64,000 bases of DNA from Lepidodermella squamata (Eukaryota > Animalia > Gastrotricha). The stretch is from positions 1,736,001 through 1,800,000 of the forward strand of contig JBLDXI010000002.1 in the NCBI GenBank assembly GCA_047495785.1, read 5' to 3'. A program made the position numbers and the translations under genes. The notes under the pieces were generated by a model. It made no database searches. It saw only the letters and a list, made by a program, of their open reading frames with translations, and was not told the DNA's origin. Below, in pieces: positions 1-11,891 of the stretch; within the stretch, counting starts at the first letter, position 1, and every line of letters starts with the position of its first letter.

Positions 1-517
1 TTATTTTTAACCTCGGAAACTTGACTTTTCAAAAAAAAACCCATCGCAACGGTATACCCCTTTGATTCCTGTCCTGATACGAATCCCGCAGCTATGCCAG
101 AATTAAAGGTATTTACGTCGAATCCCAAGGTGGCCAAAATTAGGACACTTTTTGCCATTATATATTGATTAGTCTGGTTAAAATTCGTCAAAAATAAATG
201 TTAACTCCTTTCGATAGTATATAAAACCACCCAGGTGCCTTCCTACAGCCGGGTTTAAACCCGCAAATTGAAACCTACTTCAATTCTGTGGCCGAATTTA
301 GAAGGGGGCAATCTAGTGCAAAGTCAAGTGTGAGTTTTTCAGACAATTTTTTAAATGGAAAACGCTGAAAATCTGAAAACTGACAGATTCAAAGAGACAG
401 GCGCCATGTTGCAGATTTTCTCACGCGGTCCCGAACAATCGCAAAAACTGGTCATCATTGTCCTACCAAACAATACTGAACTATCAGATTATCACAAAAC
501 AGCCACGCCGCTCGCCT

Positions 518-546
518 TATAAAAAAGGCCTGCCCTTCGTCAGATT
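518..546 (+). promoter_or_regulatory. Possible TATA box (TATAAAA) plus Inr-like TCAGATT upstream of the GH13 gene
   Basis: TATAAAA at 518 and TCAGATT at 540, about 110 nt upstream of the ATG. Confidence 0.35.
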
Positions 547-653
547 TCTTCATACATACTAGAGTGTAAGATTTGTATCTGAACAGCATTTCTGTTTGCG
601 TTCTCTTGTTGTCTTCGTTTTCTGGTTTCTTGTATCAATAACACTAAAATAAC

Positions 654-2994
654 ATGCCGAATCAACCCGCAGTTACATCGACGATCCGCGGCGCTATTGA
701 AGCCATTTCCCGCCCGTTTGCGCAATGTTTCAACGGCAAAGTTCCGATTCGACTTCCGTCTAATTCATCCCTACTTATCGACTCTAAATCTTCAAGATCA
801 CCCTCGCCAGTCGATGGTAAGAAATCTTTCATCTGGGACACTGACTGGTGGCGAAAGACTATCATCTACCAAATCTACCCTCGATCTTTCTGCGACTCGA
901 ATGGCGACGGCACTGGCGACTTGCGAGGCATTATTTCAAAACTCGACTATTTTACCTATCTGAACATCAACTGCATATGGCTGAGCCCGATCTACCAGTC
1001 GCCTATGCACGATCACGGCTATGACATCAGCGACTACAAGGCGATTGACCCGGTTTTTGGGACATTGCAAGACTTCGACGAGCTGATCGACGGGCTTCAC
1101 CAGCGTGGCATCAAGCTGCTGATGGATTTTGTGCCGAATCACACGAGTCATGAACATCAATGGTTCAAGGAGAGTTCGAAATCACGTGACAACCCTTACT
1201 CGGATTACTACGTTTGGTCCGATGGCATTGTTGATGAAGACGGAACGCGTCGCCCGCCAAACAACTGGGTAAGCCATTTTAATTTCAAATTTTTTGAAAT
1301 TTTTAAAATTTTAAGTAATTAAATTTTAAAATTTAAATTAAATTGCTAAACTTTTGAAATTTTTGAGATTATTGAAATTATTGAAATTATTGAAATTATT
1401 GAAGATTTTGAAAATTTTGAAAATTTAAAATTTAAACTTATGAAATTTAAATTTTTGTAATTTTTATTGACTTCGAATTTTCGATTTTTCGATATTTTTT
1501 TATTTTTTAGCTGAGCCTATTTGGCGGTTCCATGTGGCAATGGTGCGAATCTCGTCAACAGTACTACCTTCACCAATTTTTGCCCGAACAACCCGACCTG
1601 AACTACCGAAACCCGAAAGTTTGCCAAGAAGTTGAGGACGCACTCGCTTTCTGGCTCGAACGTGGCGTCGACGGCTTCCGCGTTGATGCCATCAAACACC
1701 TCGTCGAAGCTGAGAATTTGTTCCAGGACGAAGAGCTAACAAACCAACCCGTTCCGCCCGAACACTACGACTCGGTCCGGCACCGTTTAACGGCTGATCA
1801 GCCCGAAAATCACGCCATAATTCAGGGCTGGCGGCGGTTGCTGGACAAATTTCACGAACGCGATGGCTCGTACCGATTTATGGTGTCGGAAATTTACGAA
1901 GACGCCGATACTACGCTGCAAACGGTGATGGAGCACTACCACAACGGCTGCGATGCGCCGTTCAATTTCCGACTGATCAGCCATTTCAACCCGGAATCTG
2001 GCGGGTTAGGCCTGAAACACATCGTCGAAGAATGGATTCATACGATGCCGCCAGGAAAATGGCCGATTTGGGTGGTAAGTCTCGAAATTTCATTTCCCTG
2101 AATTTAATTTAATTTTTTTTATATTTCAGCTTGGAAATCACGACCAGCCGCGTATTGCCGATAAATTTGGGCCTGAATTTGCCGAGGCTTTGAACATCCT
2201 GTTGCTGCTGTTACCCGGCACTCCGGTCACATACTACGGCGAGGAATTGGGTATTCAAGGCCGAAATCTGCCGTTTGAAGAGACAAAAGACCATTTCTCA
2301 AAACGATTTGGCCCGGTTTGATTTCTGATTTTTCGTTTAATTTCAATATTTTTTCCTAATTTTTTAAAGGAACTTTACCACCTCTATTCGCGTGATAGAG
2401 CTCGTGGCCCAATGTGGTGGGATTCGTCAGAAAATGCCGGATTTTGCCCGGCCGAGGTGAAGCCATGGCTGCCGCCGCATGAAGAATACACAACGCGAAA
2501 TGTTGAGGTTTGTCTTTTTCGAAAAAATCACTGTTTTCCGTAAATTTTTTCAATTTTTTTAGGCTCAAAAGACGGTCGACAAAATGACGACGTTGCAGTT
2601 TTACCGTGAAACTGCCTTGCTGCGCCAAGAGGCTGAATTTCAGGACGGCACGTTCACGGTAGGCTACGCTTCAAGCAACCTGTTCACCTTCACGCGCCGC
2701 CTGCCTCATAATGGCGAAAATGCCGGGTTCCGCTACGACATTGTCGTCAACATCGGCAAGGAAGCCGAGTGTCTCGACACGCCGGCATCGACGCTTTTCA
2801 ACTACGACGCCAAGGCCGGGTTCATCGACGTCAGTAACGGCCGTCAGAAGCCGCGAATTCGCCTGCAAACTCACAATTTGAAGCCGGATCAAGAGAAAAG
2901 CATTGCGGCTTTCCCGTTCGCCCCGCTTACGATTTACCCGAGCCAGGCCTTTGTCATCCGATCGCGACCTGTCGACAAAATGAATGCCAATTAA
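654..2994 (+). CDS. GH13 alpha-glucosidase (maltase/SLC3A1-related), 5 exons: 654-1268, 1511-2074, 2130-2315, 2370-2507, 2563-2994
   Basis: WW..IIYQIYPRSFCDSNGDGTGDL, DFVPNHTS, PPNNW|LSLFGGS, YYLHQF..EQPDLNYRNP, catalytic GFRVDA / MVSEIY / LGNHD, YYGEELG; all GT-AG junctions keep frame. Confidence 0.93.
1369..1402. repeat. 9-bp tandem repeat (TTATTGAAA)n in GH13 intron 1
   Basis: ttattgaaattattgaaattattgaaattattga. Confidence 0.8.
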
Positions 2995-4260
2995 ATTGCA
3001 ACGACTTGATTAATATTTTTTTCCTTTTTTTCTCCTTTTTGCTTTTCATTATTATACTCGCTAGAGTGAGTGAGCCTTCGCATTAACTGCTAATTAGTTT
3101 CTTTCGAACTAAATAATGTAAATACCTGACTTGTACGAGTCAGGCCCTGCTTGTTAAAGTTTTCGCCGGTGTGATCTTGAATGATGTAAATAAATCTGTA
3201 TAAAATTGCATGCATGGTCAATTGAAGCGCGGCTTTGTTCGAAATCGATCATAATCAAGAGGGTCAATTAGTGTTTTTTTTAATTACACGCAGCCTTAAT
3301 TCCGGCCAATTAAGTCGGCAGACGGCTCTTGAATTCAAGTGCTTGAGCAGACATGAAGCCAGGTTCAAACTTATTTTGCAGTATAAAAGCAAATATTGTA
3401 CTGAGAGAAGCATCGCGACATCGGTAAAGTTTCGAACTATAGCCCTAATAAACAATTGATACAGAAAAAATACCGCTATTTCCGAAAAAACAAACAATCC
3501 ACCTTGAAATCTTTCCACCTCATTTCATGAGGCACAATCCTTTTCTCAAATAAATTAAAATTTGAACTTAATCTCAATCTAATTTTCCTAATTTTCTCTT
3601 AGTATTCAGAAGGTCCGTGCGCATCGTTCCTAAATAATTTACAGTTTTATCACTTAATAAATGTAATAAAAATCATTTTCATAATTACCAAGCATGCGCA
3701 TTATTTCTAGCGGTGAAAAATGAAATAATAACGTGCCTTTTTTGCGAGATTTTGCGCCATTGATACCGCTACCCGAATAAATTCCACCACTTCGGCGAGT
3801 AAATAATTCGCCGGGAAAACCCAAAAAATATTACAAAAAATACCTGCATTATACATTTCTAACAGCAGAACTTGTATATTACAGGAAATATTTTTTACAC
3901 TTTGGTGAACTGATGCGGAGGCGAGAACCCCTGAGAAACTAAATGTTGCTATATCTGTAGCGTAAACTATTCTTTTAGCGCTCAGAAGCTCAGAAGAGAT
4001 ATAAACGATCTGCGTGATCTTGATTGTTTTTAAATCGCAGCGGCCATATACATTGTAGCAAGTAAATATTTTCTGCAAACCTGTACCTATATTATGTTTA
4101 CGGGGAAAGATTCAAATCATAGACGGATTTCGAGGTAGCCAATTCAATACCACCTAACACTCCCTTTTTGCCTAAAATTATTGAAAGGTTTTTCATGTAA
4201 TTTGATTATAATATTTTAGGCTCATTAACTGAGCGCTGAAATAATTCGCAAAATTTTATT

Positions 4261-5114
4261 ATGTCTTCTCATCGTGAAATCCACGCGGCCCTAACATCTT
4301 CAGCAGCACAATTCGTTAGCCAACTCGAAGAACTGGGCAATCAGTTGCAAGTCCTCGAAGACGAGGTTTGAAATTGAAATAATCTGAAAAATATTAAAAA
4401 TACATTTTTTTTCCAGCTCGAAAAGGTGAAACAGGAGAATACGACCCTGCGAGACGCCCTGAAAGCCGCCAATGACATCCACATTCGCCATATCGAAGAG
4501 CTGTCAGGCCTTGTCGAATCGGCGAAAAGTCTCAATCTCGATGCGCCTCCGGAGTAAGCGCGGTAATTATTTAAAATTGCCGTATATTTCATTTTTTTTA
4601 CCGAATTTTCTAAATTATTGATAAATTATTTAAATTATTTAAATTTAGATTGCTCTATAGCGCTGATTATTTTGCTAAATACCCGAAATATGACAGCAAA
4701 TTCGAATATTCGTCCGCCCTTTATCAATACCTCCACCGGTTATTTGCGTCTTTAAAGCACAATAAAGTTGGCAATATCGTCGCCTCGTCTTACCCTCACC
4801 GCCCTAATAACAGTAGCTTAGCCAGCGTCAGCGGCGCCGTCTACGCCGCTCAACAATTTCGTAATTACAACAGCAATCGGCGAAATCAACTCAGGCGTGG
4901 AAGCGTTGAAAGTCCGCCGAATAGTCGAAGCGGAAATAGCAGTAGAAACAGCAGCCGTCGAAGTGCTGCCAGGTCGAGTTTCACGCGAAAAGCGGCCAAT
5001 CACCCGTTTTATCGATCGGCTTATATGTTAATGCTTCGATTGACAGACTGCCGGCGGCATCATAAGGTCGACAACATCAACAACCAGCCTTACAATGAAA
5101 CGCCTGTGCTATGA
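4261..5114 (+). CDS. Uncharacterised protein with an N-terminal coiled coil and a Ser/Arg/Asn-rich tail; exons 4261-4365, 4417-4553, 4649-5114
   Basis: MSSHREIHAAL..QLEELGNQLQVLEDE|LEKVKQENTTLRDALKAANDIHIRHIEEL..PPE|LLYSADY; two GT-AG introns splice in frame into ORF 4650-5114. Confidence 0.75.
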
Positions 5115-5532
5115 TTAATTTATATCATTATTTCCGATTGCCTTAAAAATTCGATTTTATTATTAATAAAATTATATAATTATTTGGATATAAAATAAAT
5201 AAATTATTCTTCTCTCACATTTGAATTTTGATGAGTAAAAAAACTGGCCTAAATTAAGGGTTCAATTTTTTGTCTAAATAATGTCAATAGAAGATGGCTA
5301 GGTAACGTCACTTAGCCACTTGTAAACATCGTGTACACGAATCTAGAATAAAATATTAACTCACATAGCAGCGCCCTGTAGACTTTAAGGAAGCTTTAAA
5401 ACCAAATTTCGGTTGAAATTTTGATAAAATTTGGAAACTTTCAAAACTACAAATTGCCGCACAATTAGAATTTTATTTATAATCACCGTTTATAATGCGA
5501 AAAAATAATTGATCAGCTAATTAATTCGAATT

Positions 5533-6309
5533 TTAAGGCAGCGTTACTCTGGAAATTTCAGATCCGCATTTGCTGGTCATAACAAACGATGGGTAGTCAA
5601 CTGTGACGTTGTCATATTGATCGGTGGTCACTTTCAAATTAATCAGCCTGTCCTTGAACCTTCGATTGCGGAACCAAACCTTGATTTGCCGCTCCGTAAG
5701 CCCGAGTTCTTTAGCTAGACTAGCCTTTCTAGCAGCGCTGCAAAATTTACTGCTTTCATACTCCGCAGTGAGAATCTTCAAAAAATTACAGACGAAAATA
5801 ATCTCGAAATTTCCTCGAATTTTGTTGAATTTTACCCTTTTTTGCTGAGCATTGAAAATTCTCCGAACTTTTCCAGAACCAGATCCGGCTGGAGAAACGC
5901 TGCATTTGGGAGCTTTGCGAGACAAAACTGGGCTTAAAATCGGGACATTCAACTGAGTGTCGATGTTTATTTGTGAACAAGTCGTGATGGATTGGGGAAT
6001 TTTAGCCGCAGGAGGTGGAGAAATCGGCTGATCGATTTCCTCTTCTGCCGACAACGAATTAGGCCGATGGACGAACATTCTCGAACTTATTACGTCAAGC
6101 AAAGGATCTTGAAAGCCCTGCTCTTCCACTCGTTCCAAAATATTCAGCCGGTCAATAAGGCGATTCGCGAAGATGAACGCAGATTTACTAAAAATCGTCC
6201 GAATCGTTTCGTCATTTTTTTTTATTTTAAAACTTTAAATTTACCTGTAGTCGGCTGATGTCGATAAATCTAAACGATTTCGGCGGTCTTTAATCGATTT
6301 ATTTTCCAT
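5533..6309 (-). CDS. Divergent ANTP-class homeobox protein (Cdx-like, Arg50); exons 6309-6245, 6187-5836, 5775-5533 (start could lie at 6402)
   Basis: Removing the 60-nt intron 5835-5776 gives homeodomain SGKVRRIFNAQQKR|ILTAEYESSKFCSAARKASLAKELGLTERQIKVWFRNRRFKDR with R5, F8, Q12, L16, W48, F49, N51, R53. Confidence 0.88.
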
Positions 6310-7538
6310 GATTTGAAGTAAATCGGAGCAAAGTAAAGCTACATCGCTCATAACTGCCCCAACATAGGCTCCGAGTGATACAGAAGTGTACTTACTGGCC
6401 ATGATGTCAAAAAGGGTGTTTTTCGAACAAATTTCAAAATGTGTCAAAAAAATACTCAGCGGGGAAGCGAAATCTGTTTAGATACTAGCATTTGATAACA
6501 GAAAGCTTCGCGCTAATCTCGACTTGTGCGGCTCTCGAAAGGTCGTCTTGAACACCACCTACGGCCACGTTTCTTCTCGCTACACACACGTTTGTTTATT
6601 TTAGTCAGGTGAATTTTTTGCGGCAGCTATTAATGTGTGTGTAGGCTTTATTTTTAAAGCGCGCGCGTGGTTATACTTGAGGCAGCTCTTCTTTAGGGTA
6701 TAAGCTCTCACGTGTATAGGTAGATCTATCATTTGTCTTCCCGCTAACGGGTGCAGATGGTTTGAGTTCGAGGTCTTAACGTGCGGCAACTTGAAGCTCG
6801 TGTTATTATGATGGGGAGGAGAGATAACAACAATCGTGCGTAATTTCTCGGATCTTCAGGTGATACTAGCGCGTCAATAGTGCAGCCACGTGGTTACTCG
6901 TTACTCATCTCTTGATTATTCATAATTGTTTTGGTAATTGCTTTATAACTGCCACTACAACAGACAAACAAGTTCAACTTGCATTGCCTACGCATTATTC
7001 TCGTGGAAATTTAGACAAATTTGGTGGCGAGGGAACGATTTCAGAGGGTCAAATGAGTAACAACAATTTCGAGCTCGATGTCCAATGGCTTATCATAATT
7101 AACGCGACCTGAGTTGAAGGAATCCACGCTCACTAAATAATCAGGTGCGCAATTAAGTTGTAAAAAATCCAAAATTTAGGGTTCCAACAAACTCTGGTTT
7201 TTCGATTTTCAAGTTTATGGTGCGTATACCAATTTCTTACTATTAGGCTTCTTTTGAGATTTGTGTTTTGACCATACACGTGTGACCTTTGACCTGTAAA
7301 CCCAAAGTTTAATACGAGTCATTAATGTCAGTTTACGAGGTATACTTCATATCGATATCGATATCGATTCCGAGTATCGATTTTACGAATCAGTCATTTT
7401 ATTTCGATATCGAAAGCCTTGGGAGCCAAAATTGAAAATTAATTTGCAAACCTTTCAGGGTACCAAAGGTCATGGAGGATATCAGTATCGATCAAGACGA
7501 GGAAAAACCAAGACCACAAAGCATCGAAATAACCATTC

Positions 7539-8213
7539 CGATTTTTTAATAAACAAAATCAGCATGGTGGCAAAGTGCAATCAAACGCCTCCATATCACC
7601 CAAGGGGACAGCTCACATATTACAACTATGTAACATAATTCCCCTAGGGGCATAGAGAACAGAAGTACAAGAGAGGAACCTCACGCTGGAAACTTGAAAC
7701 ATTAATTCGAAGCGGTTTTTTTAAGCCGGATCTTTTCACAAAATGCGCGCTATTTTTTAGCGCACTTTTCTCGCGCAAACCCACAAAATTTCGGCAAAGC
7801 TTTTCTCCGGCTGTACTACTTCAAATCGGATTCCCCTTTTTATGGTGAATAGACCTGGTCCTGAACTTCAAAATTGCAAAAGGCTAGGCCGATATATGCA
7901 ACGGCTAAGCCTTTTGGCACCCTTCTGAAGCTGAAAAAATTCAGCGAAAAATTTCGCAAAAATAGCTCATTTTCAACGAATTTTTTGGTCGAAAGGTGTC
8001 ACCGATTTTAACAAATTTTCGCATGGAGATAGAGAATGCTTTCAAGTACTTAACCCCAACTTAGAGTTTAAATTCAGAAAATTCAGATTCAGAGTTTAAA
8101 AATGCGAAATTATCTAGTTTTTACAATCAAGATGGAGCTGGTTTCATCCTCGTGCCTCAGTGTTACTTCACTTGCTTGATTCGAACTTGAAGCTACGGTA
8201 TGGCCGCTATTAT
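7539..8213 (-). pseudogene. Decayed duplicate fragments of the 3' end of Patched-related gene A
   Basis: 7539-7596 matches 12956-13013 (just 3' of the gene) and 8135-8213 matches 13111-13189 (coding for ..NSGHTG.SSSNQASEVTL.HEDETSS), in the same order and orientation. Confidence 0.75.
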
Positions 8214-8833
8214 AGAATGAATGCGGGAGAGTATCGAAGGAAAATTGGCAATAAATCGAAATGTGCAAATAAAACGATGGGTTTTAATTCTGAAATCTGA
8301 GTTTTAATTTTAAGCTCTTCGGTGTTTTGCTGCAAAGTTGCATGAACGTAATGTGAAAGGTGGAACACCAACTTAGCAGGGAAATTATTTGAAAAAGTGG
8401 TTTAAAAATTCAAAATTTACTTTGAAATCTTCGAATAAGGGATTTAATTAAGGAAAATGTGGAATTCAGAATATTGATTCGCCAACTTCGAACCGGTTCC
8501 AAGGCTGGAGTCAGCTTAACTTTAACGAATGAAAATATCGAGCAGGTTGATCTCGCGTTGTTCTAGCAGCTTCGAAGAGGTGCGAATCAGTTTTCCTAAT
8601 TATTTTTGCTGAAGAACAAAATAGCAGTAAAAACAACGATAACTTTTCATGTAATTTTTACTTCCAGCTTGTTACTTTCGAAACCTGGTGGAGAAAATAT
8701 CAACTCTTGACGTCCCTCTGCTCAAAATTTAAAAGCTGACTTCAAGATACTTTCAGGCTACTTTTCTATCCATTCGATACTTCGATTTAGCAGCTATTAT
8801 TTAGGTGAAGTTAGGTACAAGTGTTTTGAAATT

Positions 8834-9116
8834 GGGTGTGACTTTTTTCATCCGACGAATGTCTTATTTCATCCGACAACCAAAAATGTGACTAAAATCA
8901 TCCGACGTGAAGATATCGATTTTCTCGAATTTCCCGAGTTCGATTTATCCGTAGGGCCACACCCCTTTTATGCACCCTATTTTTGCCCCTGAACCGGCAG
9001 AATTTTATGGTGAAAGATTTATTTTTGAAAATATGAAAAAGCAACTCGGCTTGTTTTAGTCACATTTTTGGTTGTCGGATAAAAAAGACATTGGTCGGAT
9101 GAAAAAAGTTTTCCCC
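8834..9116. mobile_element. MITE-like element, family 2 (terminal inverted repeats of about 60 bp)
   Basis: ACTTTTTTCATCCGACGAATGTCTTATTTCATCCGACAACCAAAAATGTGACTAAAA at left, near reverse complement at 9055-9110; related copy at 61715-62200. Confidence 0.75.
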
Positions 9117-9240
9117 TAGAAATTAAGGTGGATGTTTTTGTCTCCGAATCTCCCAATAGACGTTTCGCCTCAAAATGACACGTGCCGACAAACTGAAATA
9201 AACAACTCGTGTTACACACGTCAGGGAATAACAAGTTCGG

Positions 9241-9281
9241 GTATATAAATCACGATTTTATCGCTAAAATTGATCATTTTA
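9241..9281 (+). promoter_or_regulatory. Probable TATA box (TATATAAA) and Inr-like TCATTT of the Pif-like gene
   Basis: TATATAAAT at 9242 and TCATTT about 33 nt later; ATG at 9307. Confidence 0.4.
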
Positions 9282-9306
9282 TATTCGAGTTATTATTATT
9301 AGAGAA

Positions 9307-11891
9307 ATGGCAGTAATCCACGTTAGCTTATTAATCGTTGCCGCGATTTTTGGCGCCGCATTGGCTCAGGACATTGATACGAATGCCTTCTGCCTCACAT
9401 GTTCAGGCCGTGCTAATGCTCGCAACTACTACGCCCACCCGACCAATTGCCACCAGTTCTACTCGTGCTTCTTCTACAACGAAACCTACGCCAAGGGCCA
9501 TCTTCGCACCTGCTCGCCCGGTCTCTACTTCCTCGAGGAGTTCCAGGCCTGCGTGCCAGAGGGCCCGACCCCGTGCAAGGACGTCTGCGCCGATGACGCT
9601 GTGGCGACCCGTGGCTGTGCCGCTATGCCTGGCAGCTGTAACCAGTACATCTGGTGCTCTGTTGGCCCCGAGCTGCTCTGCTGCCCGAAAGGCACTGCCT
9701 TCAACGAATCTACCTGCTCGTGCGATACTAGCGAAACCTGCGTCGACCAGTGCTCCATGACCGCCCCGGCTGTTCCGACCTCGGTCGCCCCGCCCACTTC
9801 GAACGCCACCCACTGCACCGACTCGTGGGGCAATGTTTTCACGATTGTCAACGGCGATTCCAGCCAGTACGGTGTTGTCGATCAAGAGAACGAAAACCAG
9901 GTCCAGAACCGGCCATGCGCGCCTGGCTCGACCTTCAGCCTCGAGCAGTGCCGCTGCGATACCCCAGTCGACGTGTTGTCATCCGCTAGCAAGAGCCAGT
10001 GCTCGTTGTACCTGCCTTTCGATGGTGACGCAACTGACCACTCCGCCACCAAGCTGATCACTTCGTTGTATGACGGAGCGTCGGTCGTCACCAACACCTG
10101 GGCGCGTGGTACTGGATCTCTTTCGACTGGCAATGGCGGTCGTCTCGAAATCCCTGGCACCAAGACTTTCGACCTAAGAAACGAGGCCTCTTTCTGCCTA
10201 TTCTTTAGGTGAGCTTCGAAATACCTATGTAATTCCCTCAATTTTTTAAATTGATTAATTTAGCTGTGCGAATGGTACGTGCCCTACCGGTGGCCTGCTA
10301 TCTAACAGCAACAACGTGAACCGAACTGTTTACACTGCAATTCTCGCAGCTGTTTCCAACTCGGTTCAAAGCAACATCAAACTGCAGTGGCCGCTCAATG
10401 AAAACCAGATCAGCAGCAGTGAAAGCATCAACACCAACGGCTGGAACCAAGTTTGCTTGACTTATGTAGCTCCGGTTTATCCTTACATTGGCGACACTTT
10501 CCTAAACCTCTACCTCAACAACGTAAGTCAATAATTCCTTTATATTATAGCTAATACACAAATTTCGAGTTAGCATTAAAACAATTTATCTATATTTTTT
10601 ATTTTATACAAAATAAAATTTTCATTCTTTCAATTTTTAATAATTTGACCGTTGACAAGGGAAAAGTGGAGTTTGGCACACATTTTGACGTTGTGAGTCG
10701 CTTTTAAGATCAATTAACGAGGAGTCGAACGATATCAAAGATGGGTTGATAGTCATCAGGGTCTCTGAGAAAATGGGCTTCAAAGTTTACCTGTAAGAAA
10801 AGATAATTTCCAAAAAAGTTTCATGGAATCAGGCCAATGTCTTCACATCAACCTCAATCAATATGAATTTTCCAGCGACAATATATGGGGTTTCCCGTCT
10901 TGGGGATGGTAGCCTCCTACGGGTTTGAAATTTGAAAATTGAAAATCTTGAAGTAAGAAAATAAGAATCTTGGAATCTAAGAATCGACTTTCTTCAAGTC
11001 TACACTTTTTGCGATTTGCTGGAAAATACAGAACATTCGCCAAACCACACTTTTCACTTGTTAACGATCATTAATCAATTAATTAATGAAAATTTCAATA
11101 ATTTTGTAGAAAGTCTAAAATTAGTAAAATTATGTTATATGGGACAGATCCATCACAAGATCTTCGGTACTTTTAGCCTTAAAACTTATTCAAGAAATAT
11201 TCTGGTACAGCGTGTCCCAAAAGTAACGCAAGCAAAGAAAATACACGGAAAAGGGTTCCGAAACTCTAAAATGAGAGACTCTGAAGTCACATCTCATGGC
11301 CAGAAAATTTTTAGAAAAATTCAAAAAATCACGAGAATAGCAATCAAGCATGTCACTTGTTCATGGGATTAAAAAAATCTTAGGAACATAGTCCAACCGG
11401 GTAAAATACCGAAAATTAGCGAAACAGTTAACATCGGGGATTTCCGGATTTTCTCCGGTAAATTTTTCATTTCTTCGGTTTGATCCCCGATAAAAGATGG
11501 AATATTCTTGCGGTAGGTTTAATTTAAAAAAAATAGCTGAATTCCTGCAAAAATATGGCAGATTTAAAAATAGTTGCGCAACTTCTGGGACACGCTGTAT
11601 TGAAATATTTCATTCAAGAATCTGATTTCGACATAGGCATAGCCAAATTAATTGATTTATTGAGTTTAATTTTTTATTGAACAGAGGCTTGTTGCTCAAC
11701 AATCCAAGCCTAACAACGGCTGGCTGTACACCGCTAACTGCCCGTACACCGTTGGCACTGACCAGTTCTACGGCGATTTTGCTGGCTTCATTGATGAAGT
11801 CTTGATCTGCAAGCACGCCCTGTCGGCCAGCGAAGTCAGCGCCCACTACGAAGGCCAATCTGCTATGCGCAACGCCAACCTGATCCCGTGA
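9307..11891 (+). CDS. Secreted chitin-binding type 2 (CBM14/peritrophin-A) repeats + laminin-G/concanavalin-like domain (Pif/LamG3-like); exons 9307-10208, 10264-10522, 11685-11891
   Basis: Signal peptide MAVIHVSLLIVAAIFGAALA; HPTNCHQFYSC..CSPGLYF....QAC; CPKGTAFNESTCSC; CAPGSTFSLEQCRC; LYLPFDG...GWNQVCLTY...LYLN...FAGFIDEVLICKHALSASEV. Confidence 0.85.
10645..10781 (+). repeat. Dispersed repeat, family 4 (transposon relic); inverted copy at 16562-16702
   Basis: ..AAGATCAATTAACGAGGAGTCGAACGATATCAAAGATGGGTTGATAGTCATCAGGGTCTCTGAGAAAATGGGCTTC matches the reverse complement of 16562-16702. Confidence 0.75.
11208..11597. mobile_element. Tc1/mariner-type MITE, family 1, in intron 2 of the Pif-like gene
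   Basis: TA|CAGCGTGTCCCA ... TGGGACACGCTG|TA: perfect 12-bp TIR with TA target duplication, 390 bp, no transposase. Confidence 0.85.

Noticed and set aside
3235-4200. Minus-strand ORFs 3264-3518 and 3707-4078 with scattered splice-like sites
   Set aside because: I could not assemble a consistent spliced frame, and there is no recognisable motif
9338-10241. Long overlapping alternative-frame and antisense ORFs in the Pif-like exon
   Set aside because: Shadow ORFs produced by GC-rich codon usage of the real gene
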